Shown here in pieces: positions 59,916 to 64,000 of a stretch of DNA of 64,000 nucleotides. The notes beneath the pieces were generated by a model that saw only the letters and a list, made by a program, of their open reading frames with translations, was not told the origin of the DNA and made no database searches. The first letter of the stretch is position 1. Every line of letters starts with the position of its first letter. Made by a program: the position numbers and the translations under genes. Origin of the DNA: an uncultured delta proteobacterium (GTDB taxonomy: Bacteria > Desulfobacterota > BSN033 > UBA1163); NCBI GenBank assembly GCA_963708295.1, contig CAVPSJ010000004.1:512001-576000 (forward strand), in the 5' to 3' direction.

Positions 59916-62339
59916 TCATAGCATGAAGACGGGATCCACATCTATGTCCAGATTGACCCCTTTTCCTCTCAATGGCGCATCCATCTCGGACCATAATTCT
60001 TTGGCAAATCGATGGAGGGACTGAGGACTTTTTCCTTTTGCCAGCATCTGCCACCGAAACTTCCCTCTCATTTTGGCAAAAGGCGCAGTGCTGGGACCTA
60101 AGATTTCGATTTCTGTGCCGTGGGGCTTTTTCAACAGGGATTGTCCGATCCTTCCCATCTCCTCTGCCATCCCTTTTGTCTTGTTTTCATTGTTTCCAGC
60201 CAATCTAAAGTTGATGAATCGCGAAAAAGGTGGATATTCCAGGTCTTTTCGGAATTGAATCTCTTCCCGGTAGAATCCGACATAATCATGGTCTTTGGCC
60301 CTGAGGATACTATAATGGTCAGGGTTAAAGGTTTGAATCACCACCTCTCCAAAGAATTCCCCTCTTCCGGCTCTTCCCGCCACCTGGGTAAGAAGTTGAA
60401 AAGTCCTCTCACTTGACCGAAAGTCAGGAAAGTGAAGAGAAGTGTCTGCAGAGACCACGCCGACAAAAGTCACATTTGGAAAATCATGACCTTTAACGAT
60501 CATTTGTGTCCCTATTAAGATATCAATGCCCCCGGATTCGAGTCTTTTCAGAATCTGCAGATGAGACCTCCGTCGTGAAGTGGTATCTCGATCCATTCTT
60601 GCCACTTGGGTCTCGGGGAACAATGATTTGATTTCCTGCTCCAGTCGTTCGGTGCCTATCCCCATTCCCTGAAGTCGGTGGCCTTGACACTTTGGACAGT
60701 CTCCCGGCGCAGGGATGCGATAATCACAATAATGACATTGGAGAGACCGATCCCGGAGATGATGGGTGAGCGTCACGCTGCAGTTCGGACACTTGAAGGT
60801 GTGGCCGCATTCGGGACAGAGGATGAAGTTGGCAAATCCCCTGCGGTTAAGAAAGAGCAAACTTTGTTTTCTGTCTGCAATATTTTTTTGAAGTGCTGTC
60901 TTCAGTTTTTCTGAAAGAAGACCCCCTTCCTTCTTCACATCCACCACTTCCACCCGTGGAAGGGGTTTTCCTTCGATTCTCTCCGGCAGGCGAAGGAGGC
61001 GAAATTTTCCTTTCTCGGCGTTATAAAATGACTCCAAAGAAGGGGTGGCAGACCCCAGAAGGAGGGTTGCCTCTGCCTGTTTCGCGCGGACGACAGCTAT
61101 GTCCCTGGCATGGTATTTTAGTTTCTCCTCTTGTTTATAAGACGGATCGTGCTCTTCATCCGCGATGATGATTCCCACGTTCTTAAACGGGGCGAAGATG
61201 GCGGACCGGGCCCCCATCGCAATCTTGACCTCTCCCTTCCAGATTCTTCTCCATTGATCGTACCGTTCCCCCCTTCCAAGCCCGCTGTGAAGAAGCGCCA
61301 GGTTCTCTCCGAATCGATCCTTAAATCTGGAGAGGAGTTGCGGAGTCAAGGATATCTCCGGAACAAGGACGATGGCTTCCTGCCCGCGGAGCAATATCTC
61401 TTCAATGGCCCGAAGGTAAATCTCCGTCTTCCCGCTTCCCGTGACACCGTAAATCAGAAACGGAGAAAATCGTTTCGAATGGATTCCCTTTAGGATCTCA
61501 ACGAGAACGGCTTCTTGATCAGGAGTAGGCTCAGGCTTTGGATATGGCTTGAATTCCGATCGAACAGAGAGATCGCGGCATACTTCTCTCCTGGAGAGCG
61601 AGAGGAGCCCTTTGGTTTCAAGCGATTGGATGGCTTTTGAAGGAGATTTGAATTTCTTGCTCAATTCTGAATAGGAAATGTCCCCTTTCTCTTTCACCCA
61701 GTCCAGAATTTCTGCCTGTTTTTTTGAGATCCGTTGGGTGGCGTCACTCCCTTGATAGCGAACCACTTTCTCAAATTTCGGCTTGACCTCCTTTCCTTCA
61801 ATCCCGGGGACAATATGGAGAAGTCCCTTTCTTTTCCAGGAGAAGATCTGAGACCTCGATACCTCGCCGGGGGAGTCTTTCAACATCTTTCTCAAAGAAA
61901 CTCTCCCACATCGTCCAATTTCCTTAAACATCTTCTCCTGAATCGGCTCCAAGCCACCCTGGGCGAGAGATTCCGTCCCATCCTGAGTGAGGCTCAAAAT
62001 CAGTTCGCTTTTCAGGTGAAGTCCTGGCGGAAGACCGGTCTTGATCACTTCTCCCAGCGGATAGAGGTAGTAATCAGAGATCCAGCGATAAAGGCGAAGC
62101 ATGGGAGGGTCGATGAGAGGGGCCTCGTCAAGGAGATCCTCGACCTCTCGCAACTTCTCCTCCACCCCTTTGGGAGGCTGATCCAGTAAATCGATTGAAA
62201 ACCCGGTGACCTTTCTCCCCTTGAAAGGGACGAGAACCCTCATCCCGATCTGGAGAGAGCCTATCATTTTTTCAGGTATGCGATAGTGGAATGTCTTGAA
62301 GACAGGAAGGCCGACTGCCACCTCAACAATCTCTTTCAT
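59916..62339 (-). CDS. priA: Primosomal protein N'
   Basis: GVTGSGKTEIY, DEEHD.SYKQ, Zn CxxC pairs, QVAGRAGR and DIDVDP. Confidence 0.97.
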   Translation of the reverse strand: MKEIVEVAVGLPVFKTFHYRIPEKMIGSLQIGMRVLVPFKGRKVTGFSIDLLDQPPKGVEEKLREVEDLLDEAPLIDPPMLRLYRWISDYYLYPLGEVIKTGLPPGLHLKSELILSLTQDGTESLAQGGLEPIQEKMFKEIGRCGRVSLRKMLKDSPGEVSRSQIFSWKRKGLLHIVPGIEGKEVKPKFEKVVRYQGSDATQRISKKQAEILDWVKEKGDISYSELSKKFKSPSKAIQSLETKGLLSLSRREVCRDLSVRSEFKPYPKPEPTPDQEAVLVEILKGIHSKRFSPFLIYGVTGSGKTEIYLRAIEEILLRGQEAIVLVPEISLTPQLLSRFKDRFGENLALLHSGLGRGERYDQWRRIWKGEVKIAMGARSAIFAPFKNVGIIIADEEHDPSYKQEEKLKYHARDIAVVRAKQAEATLLLGSATPSLESFYNAEKGKFRLLRLPERIEGKPLPRVEVVDVKKEGGLLSEKLKTALQKNIADRKQSLLFLNRRGFANFILCPECGHTFKCPNCSVTLTHHLRDRSLQCHYCDYRIPAPGDCPKCQGHRLQGMGIGTERLEQEIKSLFPETQVARMDRDTTSRRRSHLQILKRLESGGIDILIGTQMIVKGHDFPNVTFVGVVSADTSLHFPDFRSSERTFQLLTQVAGRAGRGEFFGEVVIQTFNPDHYSILRAKDHDYVGFYREEIQFRKDLEYPPFSRFINFRLAGNNENKTKGMAEEMGRIGQSLLKKPHGTEIEILGPSTAPFAKMRGKFRWQMLAKGKSPQSLHRFAKELWSEMDAPLRGKGVNLDIDVDPVFML

Positions 62340-62589
62340 CCTCCCCAAATTATCCCCTTTTGGTTAAGTTTGTCAAATCTCCCTCCAGGTCAGCTCTCAC
62401 TCCTTCATCCCCTTCCCCCTCATTGCCCGGGAAGGTTGGATGAGGGAGAAAGTTGTAGCGCCGCCATTTAATGGCGGCGAAAGCTGTTATCAAGTTTGAT
62501 CTTTACACCCTTTTTCAGAATAACTATAATAGGCTCAATCCCTACAGCAAATGACTCTAATGAGAATCCGCTCATTCAGGGTAGAATGA

Positions 62590-62806
62590 ATGCAGCTTTT
62601 TAAGAAATTATTTTTATCTTTAAACAAGGCGACTATAAAATATATGGTGGCGGGCGGCATCGCTGTAAATCTTTATGGGATTGAGAGAGCAACCGCTGAC
62701 TTAGATATTGCCTTGGAGCTTGAAGAAGGAGTCGGACAGGCCACAAGACCGGGCTGATGTGTTTTACCTGAAAAGGATTATGGCTGGATGGAAAGATGAG
62801 AAATAG
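62590..62806 (+). pseudogene. Internally deleted nucleotidyltransferase (AbiEii/DUF6036-like)
   Basis: YMVAGGIAVNLYGIERATADLD joined out of frame to the C-terminal RPQDRADVFYLK. Confidence 0.65.
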
Positions 62807-63059
62807 AGAGACCGATCATCTTAAGGAGATGCCTTTATTATATTACAGGACAAAGGGAGAGATTGAGGCTTACCGTAGAAAGCCCACAGGACTAAAGCTT
62901 CAGTGGCTTCAAGCCCAAATGGAATTCTTTTACAAAGCGATGCCTCCTAAAGCAAAAAAGATAAGAGAGAACTTGCAGAAACCTGGCTTGAGATTATCGA
63001 TCAGAGGTGCTTCTCTTAGCACAGAAATACTTAAAGAAAGGAAACAATCCAAACGCTGA
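62796..63059 (+). CDS. Small hypothetical protein (possible partner of the nucleotidyltransferase)
   Basis: Overlaps the pseudogene end; basic helical sequence. Confidence 0.45.
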   Translation: MRNRETDHLKEMPLLYYRTKGEIEAYRRKPTGLKLQWLQAQMEFFYKAMPPKAKKIRENLQKPGLRLSIRGASLSTEILKERKQSKR

Positions 63060-63108
63060 AATTCGTTTTTGACCCCTCAGCTCTACCCTTTCCTCTCCAA
63101 TCGGGAGA

Positions 63109-63822
63109 TTGGAAGCGATGAAAGAAGCCCTTAAACCAATCTCCGATCTCGTCGAACGCTTTCAACGCAATATCGACGCCTACCATAGCCCTGCCTACAA
63201 CGAAACCCAACTCCGAAGAGAATTCATTGATCCCTTTTTTGAAGCCCTGGGCTGGGATATAGCCAACAAGGAAGGCCACGCAGAACAATATAAGGATGTC
63301 ATCCACGAGGATGCTATCAAGATTGCCGGAGCCACCAAAGCGCCGGATTACTGTTTTCGAATCGGCGGCGCGAGAAAATTCTTCCTCGAAACAAAAAAGC
63401 CCTCTATTGATATTAAAGTCCAGACCAGCCCCGCATATCAGTTAAGACGATATGCTTGCGAGTGCCAAGCTTCCCATTTCTATTTTAACCGATTTCGAAG
63501 AGACAGCTATTTATGATTGCCGCCTAAGACCGAAGTTAACTGATAAACCCAGTATTGGGCGAGTCAGGTTTTATACGTATACCCAGTACCTCGACTCTTT
63601 TGAAGAAATATACAACCTACTGTCAAAAGAATCTGTGAGGTCGATGCCGAATTTTTAAAGGAGATAGAGTCTTGGCGTGAGGGCCTGGCTAAGGACATCG
63701 CCATGAGGAACCCGAGGCTCTCTATACGGGAACTTAACTTTGCCGTTCAACTCACCATTCATCGCATGATCTTTCTTCGGATGTGTGAGGATCGAGGAAT
63801 TGAAAAATATGGGGCCAGGTGA
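63109..63822 (+). pseudogene. Fragmented type IIG/Eco57I-like restriction-modification enzyme N-terminus
   Basis: YNETQLRREFIDPFFEALGWD, APDYCF..ETKKP, AYQLRRYA and ILTDFEE across frameshifts, then truncation. Confidence 0.8.
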
Positions 63823-64000
63823 CAAATTAGGCATGTCATTCGACTTCGCATTCAAAGTCCTGCAAAAATAAAGTACGAAGAGGGGCGTTCATAGAATGAC
63901 AAATCCAAAACACTGGTTGTGAGGTAGGTTATGGAAAAAGTTGAAAAAGTATACGAAAAGGGTCCAGGTTTTTTGAGAGATGTTTTCCAATACTTGCTTC

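Overview
This 64-kb window has gene content typical of an anaerobic deltaproteobacterium (Desulfobacterota-like; inferred from content only). The centre is a divergent energy-metabolism island. Leftward runs a selenocysteine formate dehydrogenase operon (NuoE-like, NuoF-GltD fusion, Sec-FdhA with a SECIS hairpin). Rightward runs a complete complex I operon in which an SfrB/SfrA-like flavin/Fe-S module occupies the position of NuoEFG, and almost every spacer of that operon holds a palindromic element. The most striking accessory locus (3.3-7.6 kb) is a candidate sigma54-driven operon. It couples a MamK/Mad28-type actin with a membrane-anchored peptidoglycan amidase, a pseudo-receiver-TM-SPOR protein and an HEXXH/TPR lipoprotein, with no magnetosome genes in the window. 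Other notable items are an ORF-less group IIC intron, a lone integron attC site, a 3' tRNA-Leu fragment next to a truncated HEPN toxin, and several decayed toxin-antitoxin and restriction-modification genes. The many frameshifts between about 19.6 and 37.5 kb look like sequencing indels. All family assignments are from motif recognition and recall, not database searches.
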